Assembly: GCA_965216315.1 (NCBI GenBank)
Contig: CBDCFN010000016.1
Coordinates: forward strand, 1,408,001-1,472,000
Direction of reading: 5' to 3'
Source: a bacterium
GTDB taxonomy: Bacteria; UBA10199; 2-02-FULL-50-16; JAJFLM01
DNA length: 64,000 bases
In this document: positions 30,510-40,631 of the stretch, one piece after another
How positions within the stretch are numbered: position 1 is the first letter of the stretch
Layout: each line of letters begins with the position of its first letter
Made by a program: the position numbers and the translations under genes
Notes under the pieces: model-generated
The model's input: the letters and a program-made list of their open reading frames with translations, nothing else
Told to the model about the DNA's origin: nothing
The model's database searches: none

Positions 30510-32117
30510 CTACAAGCGGCGTCGCGCCTTTTTCAGAAACTGAATAAACTCACTGGGACCCAGCACGTCACCAACGAGGCGCGCCTCATCGACCTCATTG
30601 CCATGCCGGTCCGTTACAATAAGGGTCGGCCAACCGATGACCTTATAGCGCTCTACGGCTTCTTTGCACCTATCGGTATTTTGAGTACAGTCCACTTTGA
30701 ATGGCACATAATACTGCTTCATGTACCCTTTGACGGCCGCAACCGAGAGAGTCTTTTCTTCCCACTCCAAACACGGCAAACACCAATCCGCATAAAAATC
30801 TATCAACAACCCCTTGTCCTGCGCCTGCGCCTCAGCCAATGCCGCCGCATAATCCTGATGCCAAAATAGTTCCTCGCTGACGGGCTTGGGGCTATCGGAG
30901 TTAATTCGCAAGCCCGTATAGCCCACATACCCATAATAGAGCGCGGGCACTAACAAGAGCACGCCCATCGCACGTTTGACCCAAACGGCTGCGGGACCAC
31001 TGTGGAGCCTGCCGGCCAACGAACCATAAAAAGTCCCGAAGACGAGAATGAGACTCCCCATACCGATGCCAAACGCAAACAAGAGACCAAAGCCATGGAG
31101 CACATCGCGAGTCTGAGCCACCCATACCAGCAAGGCTCCAATCACGGGGCCAACGCAAGGTGCCGCCAAGATCCCCATTGTCACGCCAGCGATAGCAGCC
31201 CCGCTGTATCCCCTCCCCCCAACCTTGGCGAGCCGGTTACGCATCCACAACGGGACCTGCAATTCATAGACGCCAAACATGCCCAGCGCAAAGAATGCGA
31301 ACAACGCCGCACCCAACATGAGAAACCACGGATTTTGAAACAGAAATCCGAGCTGCAAGCCCAAAATGGCCGCCAGTACTCCAAAAACGGCATAGGTCAC
31401 CGCCATCGCCAAGACCAACACACTCGTCAGCGCAAAATTCCGACTGTGGCGTTTTTCGCGGCGGACACCGACGACGGCCAGGGTCAAGGGTATCAGCGGC
31501 AACACACAGGGGGTAAAATCAGTCAAAAACCCACCGATAAAAGCCAGCAAATACGCCAACCAGCCCCTCGCCTTGAGCGCATCGACCAAACGACCCTTAA
31601 GCGTGTTATCTTCCGTTTGGCTCATGACCGTATCCGGCGATTGACCGGAAACAATTTTCACCGGAATCTTGAGATCGATGGACTTCTCACGAAAGCAAAT
31701 TTTAGGAGAACAGCCCTGATAGAAAAGTCGTAGCGTAACCGCTTGCTCGCCCAAAGGAGCATCCCTTAAAGCCCGCAGTCCAATACTGGCCAAAGCAGGC
31801 CCCTGATAAATCTTCAATTCCTTCTTTAAAAAGGGATCATTTTTCAATTCAGCCTCAGGATATTTAATCGAAGCAACCTTGATCCCATTGCCATGGACTA
31901 AATCGACACGTGTCTTGTCCTCGTAGAGATAATGACCCACTGGTATATCAAAAAAAATGTCTACGTTTGCGACCTCTCCCCTTTTCACGGTCCGCGTCGT
32001 AGGTTCCCATGAGAATTGAAAAGGATCCTGGGTCGCCCCTAATTCCCCTCCCAGAAAAAGAAGCAATAGCAATACAAAATGGCGTCGTTTTATGCGCATC
32101 AATCTCATTAGATCCAT
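30510..32117 (-). CDS. dsbD: Protein-disulfide reductase DsbD
   Basis: N-domain 'CSPKIC', TM 'TPC' and 'APC', thioredoxin 'WCLPC'; start is one of ATG 32117/32108/32099. Confidence 0.92.
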   Translation of the reverse strand: MDLMRLMRIKRRHFVLLLLLFLGGELGATQDPFQFSWEPTTRTVKRGEVANVDIFFDIPVGHYLYEDKTRVDLVHGNGIKVASIKYPEAELKNDPFLKKELKIYQGPALASIGLRALRDAPLGEQAVTLRLFYQGCSPKICFREKSIDLKIPVKIVSGQSPDTVMSQTEDNTLKGRLVDALKARGWLAYLLAFIGGFLTDFTPCVLPLIPLTLAVVGVRREKRHSRNFALTSVLVLAMAVTYAVFGVLAAILGLQLGFLFQNPWFLMLGAALFAFFALGMFGVYELQVPLWMRNRLAKVGGRGYSGAAIAGVTMGILAAPCVGPVIGALLVWVAQTRDVLHGFGLLFAFGIGMGSLILVFGTFYGSLAGRLHSGPAAVWVKRAMGVLLLVPALYYGYVGYTGLRINSDSPKPVSEELFWHQDYAAALAEAQAQDKGLLIDFYADWCLPCLEWEEKTLSVAAVKGYMKQYYVPFKVDCTQNTDRCKEAVERYKVIGWPTLIVTDRHGNEVDEARLVGDVLGPSEFIQFLKKARRRL

Positions 32118-32180
32118 TTTTGACCGAAGAGTCCCTTCAATCTTGTTGACAAAAGCCTCTCTCAGTACGATTTTTAAACC

Positions 32181-33086
32181 ATGCGTAGTCTTAACAAAGC
32201 CATTTTTCAATCGGCAGCACGGCTCGCCAAGAAAGCAAAGGCATCTGCCATGCTATATAGCCTCGACTGCCTTGACAAGCTTCCTAATGACGAACTGCCC
32301 AAAACCACTCAGGATCTGACCCTTATTCCTGTCACGCAGCGAACGCCTGAGGAATTCGACAGTATGTTTAATGACCATGCCAAACACATACAATCTGGCG
32401 TTGTCCATTTGCCGGCAGTTAATATGTCACGGATGAGTCATATAAAGATCTCTGTCGTCCATGCCATCTCCAAAGGACTTATTAACATGGGCGACAAAAT
32501 TGTTTTCGTGACCGGGCTTCAAGGCTCCAAGGAACTAGACAGCATGGTCCTGATTGACACGAGTAAAGAATCTGAAGTCATGACTGCCCACGGCGTCGAC
32601 AGAATCGTTCAATCAGTCACACAAGAAGTCTTTCAGGCCGTACTCAACCTAGCGTTGGAACTCGCCCATCGGGGGCGGGAAGGTAAACCCATCGGAACGA
32701 TATTTGTTCTGGGTGATGAAGAGCGAGTCATGCAACTCTCCAAACAAATGGTTATCAACCCATTCAAGGGGTACACCGAAGAAGAGAGCAATATTCTCAA
32801 CCTCGACCTCAAAGAAACGATTCGCGAATTTTCCGCCATTGATGGAGCTTTCATAATCGGTGCGAACGGCCACGTGCTCGCCGCCGGACGCTATCTCAAT
32901 GCAGCCAGCGAAGAAGAAAGCGTACCACGGGGCTTGGGATCGCGACATATGGCTGCCGGGGGAATCACTGCCTTGACAAATGCGGTTGCAATTGTCATAG
33001 CCGAGTCCTCTGGAGACGTCCGAATCTTCAAGAATGGCCGGATCATTATGGAGATTGAGAAGTCACAGAGCCCGAAGTCAATATAG
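32181..33086 (+). CDS. Diadenylate cyclase (DisA_N domain, DacZ-like)
   Basis: 'GREGKPIGT', 'IDGAF', 'GLGSRHMAA' motifs; soluble N-terminal domain, no TM. Confidence 0.88.
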   Translation: MRSLNKAIFQSAARLAKKAKASAMLYSLDCLDKLPNDELPKTTQDLTLIPVTQRTPEEFDSMFNDHAKHIQSGVVHLPAVNMSRMSHIKISVVHAISKGLINMGDKIVFVTGLQGSKELDSMVLIDTSKESEVMTAHGVDRIVQSVTQEVFQAVLNLALELAHRGREGKPIGTIFVLGDEERVMQLSKQMVINPFKGYTEEESNILNLDLKETIREFSAIDGAFIIGANGHVLAAGRYLNAASEEESVPRGLGSRHMAAGGITALTNAVAIVIAESSGDVRIFKNGRIIMEIEKSQSPKSI

Positions 33087-33107
33087 GTATTTAAGGAGTT
33101 TGTTACC

Positions 33108-33338
33108 ATGGCTGAACTTGAAAAAAACCGCCTCGACTATCGCGTCCGAACGCTTAACATCAAGCGCGGACGCATCACACGTGAAGACATTGATCAGCAC
33201 ATTGCTGAACTGCCGGATGACAGTGAATGGGCGGTCGAACATGCCGTCTATGAAGAAGAAACCGAAGTCACCCTCGATGAGTTGGCGCTAGGAGAAGTGA
33301 GCAGCGACCCTTTCTCTACCGAATCCGAAAACACCTGA
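33108..33338 (+). CDS. Small acidic hypothetical protein
   Basis: AAGGAG RBS; 'LDYRVRTLNIKRGRIT...LPDD'. Confidence 0.7.
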   Translation: MAELEKNRLDYRVRTLNIKRGRITREDIDQHIAELPDDSEWAVEHAVYEEETEVTLDELALGEVSSDPFSTESENT

Positions 33339-33985
33339 TCAAACGCATTCAGCATGACAGCTAGGATCTCTTGGGTCTCGATGACTTTCCCCATTTCCTG
33401 ATAAATAGAACTAACAGGCAGTTTTGCACCACAGGGAATGATCCAATCGTAATACTCCAGCTGTGGATTGACATTTATAGAAAAACCATGTCGTGAAATT
33501 CCGCGGCTAATATGAAAACCCAGCGACGCAAGCTTAGACCCGTTAACCCAGAGCCCGGGCCTACCTTCCAATCGTTCCGAGTCAATTCCTATGCGACGCA
33601 AACCTATTCGCATCGATTCCTCGACATGCCATACAAATTCGGGGACTGATAAGTGCCGCGCCTTGAGATCAAAGATCATATACCCAACCAACTGACCTGG
33701 ACCATGATAAGTAATCTGGCCACCTCTATCACACGAGCAGATCTTAATCGATCTCTCGAGGCATTGAGCTGAACTGATCAAAATATCTTTTTGAGAAGCC
33801 GAACGTCCCAGAGTATAGGTATGCGGATGCTCAAGCAGTAATAGCGTATCGCTTACTTCTCCTTGCAACCGCTGCGCTTCGATTTCTCGTTGCAACGTGT
33901 CCGCAGCCTCATAATCGAGACACCCGAGCCAGGAGAAACGAAACGATGAATCATTAGGCTGTTCGAATATCACGTGTTGTTTCAT
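33248..33985 (-). CDS. lipB: Octanoyltransferase LipB
   Basis: 'LLEHPHTYTLG', 'RGGQITYHGPGQ', 'KLASLG', 'HGF', 'PCG'; start uncertain. Confidence 0.95.
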   Translation of the reverse strand: MKQHVIFEQPNDSSFRFSWLGCLDYEAADTLQREIEAQRLQGEVSDTLLLLEHPHTYTLGRSASQKDILISSAQCLERSIKICSCDRGGQITYHGPGQLVGYMIFDLKARHLSVPEFVWHVEESMRIGLRRIGIDSERLEGRPGLWVNGSKLASLGFHISRGISRHGFSINVNPQLEYYDWIIPCGAKLPVSSIYQEMGKVIETQEILAVMLNAFDQVFSDSVEKGSLLTSPSANSSRVTSVSSS

Positions 33986-35051
33986 GCGGTCCAATCCATT
34001 CCTTGAGATACCCTTCAGCATGACCCTCATCGTCAATGTCCAGTAATACGTAGGTCAGCCGAATAATGCGGCCCAGATGAGCCGGATCAAGGCTTAAGCG
34101 CTCTGTCCAGGTACCGCAATTGAGATAAAGCTTGTCAGGCCCATAATAAGAGCGGCGATAACCATGCGAGTGGCCGAACACAAGGATCCTCAAACCCGGG
34201 TTCGTCAGGAGGATTTTCTTGGCAGCGCGATCTAAGTTGGAGTCAATCGCCACTTCCTTGAGTAACTGCAGTGTCCTCCAGAAGGATGAATGACGTCTTT
34301 TTGAATGAACGAATCGAAGTGAGACAAAATAATAAAGTATTTTAGCGAAACTTTTTAACGCAAAAAAAGTTTCATGAATAAATGCCCATCGAAAAAAATA
34401 TCTCATTGGATAGATTCGAGAAAAATAAGGGCGATCTTTACGGACCTTATTCACGTAATGAATCACAAAATAACAACCCCATGGCATATTTACTATAGGC
34501 TCTGAAAGACCTTTCGTCAGAAAATAGCGCTTCTCATTAAACGCACTATCCGCTTGATAACGATGACCGTGCTCTACACGAACTCCATTAAACTCGTAAG
34601 GTTCCAAACGAACATGAACCTCACCTCCAATAGCTTCTTGCAAGACTTTATGAACGCCGGGCCAGAGCAAACCCGCATCATGATTTCCAAGCATGAAACT
34701 GATGCGATGATTAGGCAACTGATTAAAGCACTTAAAAGCCTCGAACATCTCCGAATGCCCAGCAATAATTTTTTTTTGCCGCTCAACAGCAACCCGCTCG
34801 GTCATCATGTCGGGATTCGCTTGTCCGGGTACAACCTCTAGATGTTCAAAAAAATCCCCATTAAGAATGATTTCAAAATCCTTCTCCGCCCACTCACCTG
34901 TCGAATAATGGGTAATAAGCTCTATGAAAGCGTCATCATAGAAAAAGTTTTCAAGATAATTCGTCGTTCCATCAGGAAACCGGCGCCCCCCTCCTACATG
35001 AAAATCACTGACAACCAGTTTATAACTCTTGTTCGCCTTCTTGTTTCTCAA
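33954..35051 (-). CDS. Calcineurin-like metallophosphoesterase
   Basis: 'SDFH', 'NGD', 'GNHD', 'EHG', 'GHSH' motifs; TTG start at 35051 with GGAG RBS. Confidence 0.88.
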   Translation of the reverse strand: MRNKKANKSYKLVVSDFHVGGGRRFPDGTTNYLENFFYDDAFIELITHYSTGEWAEKDFEIILNGDFFEHLEVVPGQANPDMMTERVAVERQKKIIAGHSEMFEAFKCFNQLPNHRISFMLGNHDAGLLWPGVHKVLQEAIGGEVHVRLEPYEFNGVRVEHGHRYQADSAFNEKRYFLTKGLSEPIVNMPWGCYFVIHYVNKVRKDRPYFSRIYPMRYFFRWAFIHETFFALKSFAKILYYFVSLRFVHSKRRHSSFWRTLQLLKEVAIDSNLDRAAKKILLTNPGLRILVFGHSHGYRRSYYGPDKLYLNCGTWTERLSLDPAHLGRIIRLTYVLLDIDDEGHAEGYLKEWIGPHETTRDIRTA

Positions 35052-35619
35052 CTTGACTCCGTAGTACGCGTAGGCCAATGGCCGTATAATGAAAACCTGA
35101 CGCAACCGTTAAAACACTTGCTGCTATTATGGCCCATGGAAGCGCATCTGCAAAAAACAAAATCCACTCCGGCAGCTGAAATCCGGCATTTCGCGTGGCG
35201 ACGGCAAAACCAAAAGAAATCGTGAGAATCTGCGATAAAGTCGTCAACTTGGATAAGATCGACGGACGCAATCGTGCATTGGCCGACCGCGACCATAAAT
35301 AGAAAAGCCCTAATACGATATAGAGATCCCGCCCGACGATAATCGCCATAAGCCACCATGGCAGTATCTCTTGGATCGTCAGCAGGCTGACACCCGCGAG
35401 CATCATCAATTTATCTGCCGCGGGGTCGATGATAGCGCCAAAACGGCTTTTTTGATTCAAGAGCCGTGCGATTGTTCCATCAATCATATCTGTGACCGCC
35501 GCGGCGACAAAGAGCGTTAACGCCCAGGGCCAATCATTTTGGAGCCCGGCTGAGAAAAAGAAAACCGTCAATACCATCCGGCCAAACGTTAAAATATTGG
35601 GGATTGTGAGTGCGTGCAT
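35020..35619 (-). CDS. CDP-alcohol phosphatidyltransferase (PgsA-like)
   Basis: 'PNILT', 'DMIDGTIAR...GAIIDPAADK'. Confidence 0.92.
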   Translation of the reverse strand: MHALTIPNILTFGRMVLTVFFFSAGLQNDWPWALTLFVAAAVTDMIDGTIARLLNQKSRFGAIIDPAADKLMMLAGVSLLTIQEILPWWLMAIIVGRDLYIVLGLFYLWSRSANARLRPSILSKLTTLSQILTISFGFAVATRNAGFQLPEWILFFADALPWAIIAASVLTVASGFHYTAIGLRVLRSQVEKQEGEQEL

Positions 35620-35623
35620 TTTT

Positions 35624-36880
35624 CTATGGGGACTCGATGTAATCAGCAAATTTCCCTAAAAATTTGGGTCCTAACTCCGCCGTCAGGCGTATACACTGGC
35701 CGCTGTCTTCCTGACTAAGCACTCGACAGGACCGATAGATTTCATGAAGCACCCCGCCGGCGGCATACGGCAACGACAACGTCACTTTAGTCGCCTCTCC
35801 TGCCAGAAAAGCATCAACACTTTCAAGTAAATCTTCAATTCCCATGCCCGTATGAGCAGAAACCTTCAGAGATAAACCTTCATTGTGGAGCGCAAGCGGT
35901 ATCTCAGGGCTACAGTCCATTTTATTAAACACACGTATGATCGGTGTTTCGTGAAACCCTAGTTCATCGAGAACACTTTCTACCGTCTGCACCTGTTCCT
36001 CAACATTTGGTTCCGGTGTATCAATAACATGCAACAATAAACGCGCTCCGCCAATTTCTCTCAGCGTCGCCTTGAATGCCTCAATAAGCTGATGAGGCAA
36101 CTTTCGGACAAAACCGACCGTATCTGCAAGCAAACACTGGCGACCACTGGGAAGCCGAACACGACGCACCGTCGGGTCTAGAGTTGCAAACAGAGCATCC
36201 TCAACAAGTACGTCAGCAGCGGTTAAGCGATTGAGTAATGATGATTTACCGGCATTCGTATACCCTACAAGCGAGATCAATGGAATAGGAACTTTCTGGC
36301 GCCGCTTGCGTTGTAAGTCTCTTTGTCTTTCTACTTTGCGCAACTCACGCTTGAGTCGTGTCATCCTCTCACGCAGGCGTCGCCGCTCCATCTCTAACAG
36401 GGTTTCACCAGGACCTAAAGTACCGATGCCACCAGCCAACCGACTCCAGTGACTCACCTGCCCGACTAAGCGAGGCAACAAGTAGCTCAACTGCGCCAAT
36501 TCAACTTGGAGCTTCCCTTCCCGGGTCGTTGCATGGCGCGCAAAAATATCCAAAATCAGCCCCGTACGGTCCAAGACTTTAACATTCAGTCTGCTTTCAA
36601 GATTTCTATTCTGGGAGGGTGAAAGTTCATGGTCAAAAATGACCGCCTGCACTTGCTCTGTTTTGACACGCTCGGCGATTTCAGCAACCTTACCGGCGCC
36701 CAGATAGGTTGCCGAGTCAATGCCATCACGCTTTTGAACGACTTCAGCGACAACGTTTCCACCGGCAGTCGCGACTAATCTTTCCAGCTCGCGCATCGAC
36801 GCTCCCAAGCCATTGCCGGATTCAGGAACACGTGCGGCAAGCAGGATACGTTCACTTATCTTTTTTTCATTATTTATCAA
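35624..36880 (-). CDS. hflX: GTPase HflX
   Basis: 'GKLQVELAQL', 'GPGET', 'GYTNAGKS', 'DTVG', 'NKMD'. Confidence 0.97.
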   Translation of the reverse strand: MINNEKKISERILLAARVPESGNGLGASMRELERLVATAGGNVVAEVVQKRDGIDSATYLGAGKVAEIAERVKTEQVQAVIFDHELSPSQNRNLESRLNVKVLDRTGLILDIFARHATTREGKLQVELAQLSYLLPRLVGQVSHWSRLAGGIGTLGPGETLLEMERRRLRERMTRLKRELRKVERQRDLQRKRRQKVPIPLISLVGYTNAGKSSLLNRLTAADVLVEDALFATLDPTVRRVRLPSGRQCLLADTVGFVRKLPHQLIEAFKATLREIGGARLLLHVIDTPEPNVEEQVQTVESVLDELGFHETPIIRVFNKMDCSPEIPLALHNEGLSLKVSAHTGMGIEDLLESVDAFLAGEATKVTLSLPYAAGGVLHEIYRSCRVLSQEDSGQCIRLTAELGPKFLGKFADYIESP

Positions 36881-36951
36881 TGACTTAGAGAAGCCTCCTT
36901 TAGTACTTCATTATATCTACTCTAATTATAAGAACGCGCCTCCCGCTTTGT

Positions 36952-39900
36952 CTAGTGCAGCTGCGTCACAGGGGTCCCGAAAAGTCGGTCGACTGCACTC
37001 ACCAAGTCATCCGAGGGTTGGGCATTGAGCTCTTCCGGCAGGGTTAGAACCGTCTCGCCACGTCGTGGATCGCTCAAATGAATATAAGTCGGCGTAAAAC
37101 CGCGATGAGATTCGAGTATTTTGCGTAAATGCTCTAATTGTTGCTTCGAGACACTAGGTACGCGTAGCTGAATATGCACGCCGCTCACACTCGCACCTTG
37201 TTTCGCATCCGTTAAGAGACATATATCCCGCCCAATAATCTTGCAGGTCTCCTCCCCTACATCCAAGTTGCCGGTGACAAAAATAGGATCATCCTGTTTT
37301 AGCAAGGACCCCCGCTTTTTAAACAATTCCGGAAACACAACGACCTCTACGGTCCCTTTTAGATCTTCCAGGGTCATAAAGGCCATTCGATCGCCCTTTT
37401 TCGTCACAATTTCACGCATCGCCGCAACGACACCACCCAACCTTACCGAGGCTTTATCGCCCATTTCTCTCATGCTGATCGTGTCCGTGTTACCGGCACC
37501 GGACAACTCTTTCTGGAATTCCTTGAGAGGGTGTCCACTGAGATAAAAGCCCAGGGCCTCTTTTTCATAGGATAGCATTTCACGAAGCGGCCACTCTTCA
37601 ATCGCCTTGCGTTGAGAGGTATGCAGTTCAAGTCCACCCCCATCCAACATCTGATCAAACAGAGATGACTGGCCACTGGCTCTTTCCTTCTGGTAACGAG
37701 CCGCCTCTTCCAAACAATCGTCTAATTCACTGATATGCTGTGCCCTCGAGATACCCATTGAGTCAAAGGCCCCGCTTTTGATTAAACTCTCAATCACCTT
37801 GCGGTTCACTCGCCGGGTATCAACTTCATTACAAAAATGGCTTAATGATTCAAAACGGCCGAGATTATTTCTTACCTCAATGAAGGACTCAATGGCCGCT
37901 TCACCAACGTTTTTGACGGCATTAAGTCCATAACGAATATTTTTAGCATCAACGACACCAAAACCAATATAACTTTCGTTAATATCAGGTGGGAGTACAT
38001 TGACACCCAAACCACGGCACTCATTAATGTAGTAGAGTATCTTATCCGTATTTCCCATTTCATGAGACAAGACCGCCGCCATATATTCCACCGGATAATG
38101 GGCGCGCAAATAAGCTGTCTGATAGGAAATTAATGCATAAGCCGCACTATGAGACTTATTAAATCCATACTCGGCAAACTTAGCCATTAAATCGAAAACC
38201 TCGGCGGCCTTCTTTCTATCGAGCTCGTTCTGCTTGGCGCCCTCAAGAAAGCGTTTTCGTTGCCGAGACATTTCTTCTTTCTTCTTCTTACCCATCGCGC
38301 GACGAAGAATATCGGCTTCGCCGAGCGAATAATTCGCCAGACGAGAGGCAATCTTCATGACTTGCTCTTGGTAAACAATGACTCCATAAGTATCCGCCAA
38401 GATATCCGTCAGCTCTTTCATGATATGTTTGACTTTGATCTGGCCATGCTTTCGTTTAATGAAATCATCAACCATCCCCGACCCAAGTGGGCCAGGACGA
38501 TAGAGGGCTACCAACGCAATCAGATCCTCAAAACAAGATGGTTTCAACTTAACGATAAGATCACGCATTCCGGATGATTCTAACTGGAAAACACCGCCGG
38601 TTTCGCCTGCACTCAGCTTCTTATAAACTTCCTCGTCATCCATCGGTAGGCGCTGAATATCTATCTGCTTTTCATGGGTTCTATTGATAATCTTAAGGGC
38701 CTGATCAATGACTGAAAGTGTTTTCAAGCCAAGAAAGTCGAACTTAATGAGACCAACTTTCTCGACGTTCACCATGTCATACTGAGTCACAATATCTTCA
38801 TTGTTACCCTTATAAAGAGGAAGATAGTTGTCGAGATTGGTATCTGAAATAACGATACCTGCAGCGTGCGTCGAAGCATGCCGGACAAGCCCTTCTAAAC
38901 GACCCGCAATCTTCATGAGCTCAGCGACCTGGGGATCACTTTTTTCCATCTCTCCGAGGCGTGGTTCTTGTTTATGCGCCAACTCCAGTGTCATCCCCAA
39001 CGTGTTCGGAATAAGTTTGGCTATCTTATCAACATCACCATACGGCAACCCCATGACGCGACCAACATCGCGAATAACCGCCTTGGCCTTCATGGTTCCG
39101 AAAGTAATAATCTGAGAGACATGGCCATACTTATCACGAACATACTGGATGACCTCATCGCGGCGGTGCATGCAAAAATCAATATCCACATCGGGCATGC
39201 TTACCCGTTCTGGATTAAGAAACCGCTCAAAGAGGAGATCATAAGGAATCGGGTCAATATCGGTGATCTTAATCGCGTAAGCCACCAAACTGCCCGCGGC
39301 AGAACCCCGCCCCGGCCCGACGGGAATACCTTGCTGCTTGGCGAACTGAATGAAATCCGCAACAATCAAGAAATAACCGGCAAAGCCCATCTGCTCGATA
39401 ATCTTAAGCTCGGTTTCTAGTCGTTCTTTATACTCCTGCGCTTTAACCTCCCTGTCCGCCTCGGGAAGAGCTGATAAAATGACATCGAGGCGTTCTGCCA
39501 GGCCCTCTCTCGATTGCTCGGCCAAACACTGTTCCAGAGTTTTTTTCGGGGGAGCCTCATACTTTGGGAAATACCGCTTTGAAAAGTCCATATCGAAGTC
39601 ACAGCGTTCCGCCACTTCAAGCGTCCTATCCAATACATCCGGCCTTCCAGCGAATTCCTGTGAGATTTCGTCTACCGATTTGAGATAGAAATCATCACTC
39701 CCAAAGCGCATCCGGCTTTCATCTTGTAAAGTTTTACCCGTCTGAATACAGAGGAGAGCTTCATGTGCACGGTTATCTTCTTTATGAAGATAATGGCAGT
39801 CATTCGTGGCGACTACCGGAAGATCATGTTGCGACGCGAGCTCTAAGAGTATTTTGTTAACACTTAGTTGATGGTCTAACGAATTGGCCTGCACTTCGAT

Positions 39901-40431
39901 ATAATAGCGATCATCAAAAATTTCCCGGAATTCTTGGATACATTTAACAGCGTCTTCTGTTCTCCCACCTTGCAAGTAGCCGCATAGCTCACCGGACAAA
40001 CAACCCGATAGTGCAATCAAGCCCTTTGAATTTTCACGTAATAACTCTTTGTCAATACGGGGTTTGTAATAAAACCCTTCTAAGTAACCTGCCGTTACCA
40101 TCTTACACAGGTTCCGATAACCTTCCGATGACTGCACAATGAGAGTGAGGTGATTATAGGGGTCATAACCTTTTTTAACTTTCTTATCGAAACGGCTTCC
40201 CGTCGACTCGATATAGACTTCACAGCCAAGTATCGGCTTTATCCCCTGAGCCGTCATGGTCTGAAAGAATTCAACCGCCCCAAACATGTTGCCGTGATCC
40301 GTCATCGCCACGGCAGGCATATTAAATTTCTTCACTTGCTCGGCGAGCTGCTTGATACGAATCGCCCCGTCGAGCAGGCTATATTCGGTATGCAGATGTA
40401 AATGGACGAAATTCGCTGGCTTTTGAGTCAC
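36952..40431 (-). CDS. dnaE: DNA polymerase III alpha subunit
   Basis: PHP 'HLHLHTEYSLLDG', 'GRGSAAGS', 'PDVDIDF', 'YGFNKSHS', OB fold; no intein-sized insertion; GTG start assumed. Confidence 0.98.
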   Translation of the reverse strand: MTQKPANFVHLHLHTEYSLLDGAIRIKQLAEQVKKFNMPAVAMTDHGNMFGAVEFFQTMTAQGIKPILGCEVYIESTGSRFDKKVKKGYDPYNHLTLIVQSSEGYRNLCKMVTAGYLEGFYYKPRIDKELLRENSKGLIALSGCLSGELCGYLQGGRTEDAVKCIQEFREIFDDRYYIEVQANSLDHQLSVNKILLELASQHDLPVVATNDCHYLHKEDNRAHEALLCIQTGKTLQDESRMRFGSDDFYLKSVDEISQEFAGRPDVLDRTLEVAERCDFDMDFSKRYFPKYEAPPKKTLEQCLAEQSREGLAERLDVILSALPEADREVKAQEYKERLETELKIIEQMGFAGYFLIVADFIQFAKQQGIPVGPGRGSAAGSLVAYAIKITDIDPIPYDLLFERFLNPERVSMPDVDIDFCMHRRDEVIQYVRDKYGHVSQIITFGTMKAKAVIRDVGRVMGLPYGDVDKIAKLIPNTLGMTLELAHKQEPRLGEMEKSDPQVAELMKIAGRLEGLVRHASTHAAGIVISDTNLDNYLPLYKGNNEDIVTQYDMVNVEKVGLIKFDFLGLKTLSVIDQALKIINRTHEKQIDIQRLPMDDEEVYKKLSAGETGGVFQLESSGMRDLIVKLKPSCFEDLIALVALYRPGPLGSGMVDDFIKRKHGQIKVKHIMKELTDILADTYGVIVYQEQVMKIASRLANYSLGEADILRRAMGKKKKEEMSRQRKRFLEGAKQNELDRKKAAEVFDLMAKFAEYGFNKSHSAAYALISYQTAYLRAHYPVEYMAAVLSHEMGNTDKILYYINECRGLGVNVLPPDINESYIGFGVVDAKNIRYGLNAVKNVGEAAIESFIEVRNNLGRFESLSHFCNEVDTRRVNRKVIESLIKSGAFDSMGISRAQHISELDDCLEEAARYQKERASGQSSLFDQMLDGGGLELHTSQRKAIEEWPLREMLSYEKEALGFYLSGHPLKEFQKELSGAGNTDTISMREMGDKASVRLGGVVAAMREIVTKKGDRMAFMTLEDLKGTVEVVVFPELFKKRGSLLKQDDPIFVTGNLDVGEETCKIIGRDICLLTDAKQGASVSGVHIQLRVPSVSKQQLEHLRKILESHRGFTPTYIHLSDPRRGETVLTLPEELNAQPSDDLVSAVDRLFGTPVTQLH

Positions 40432-40631
40432 GTTGTTGGCTTTACAACAAGCGCCGCTCAAAAGAGCAATTCACTTCTAAGTCCCCCCTATTTTTCAATT
40501 AGTTACGGCCACTTTAGAAGCAAAAATATAGCTAAGGAAATTCCTTGATCAGCCGGAAAAATGCCCGTTCGCAAGTTTTCGCAAGACATTTGACACACCG
40601 AATCATGATTTCTGCCGATGAGGAGTACGCC

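Noticed and set aside
31002..31733. Long alternative-frame ORFs (this 243-aa one and similar ones inside guaB, hom, lipA, meaB)
   Set aside because: They lie antisense to well-supported genes and have no recognisable motifs
36952..40431. Intein or split dnaE
   Set aside because: Length and motif order are those of an ordinary continuous DnaE
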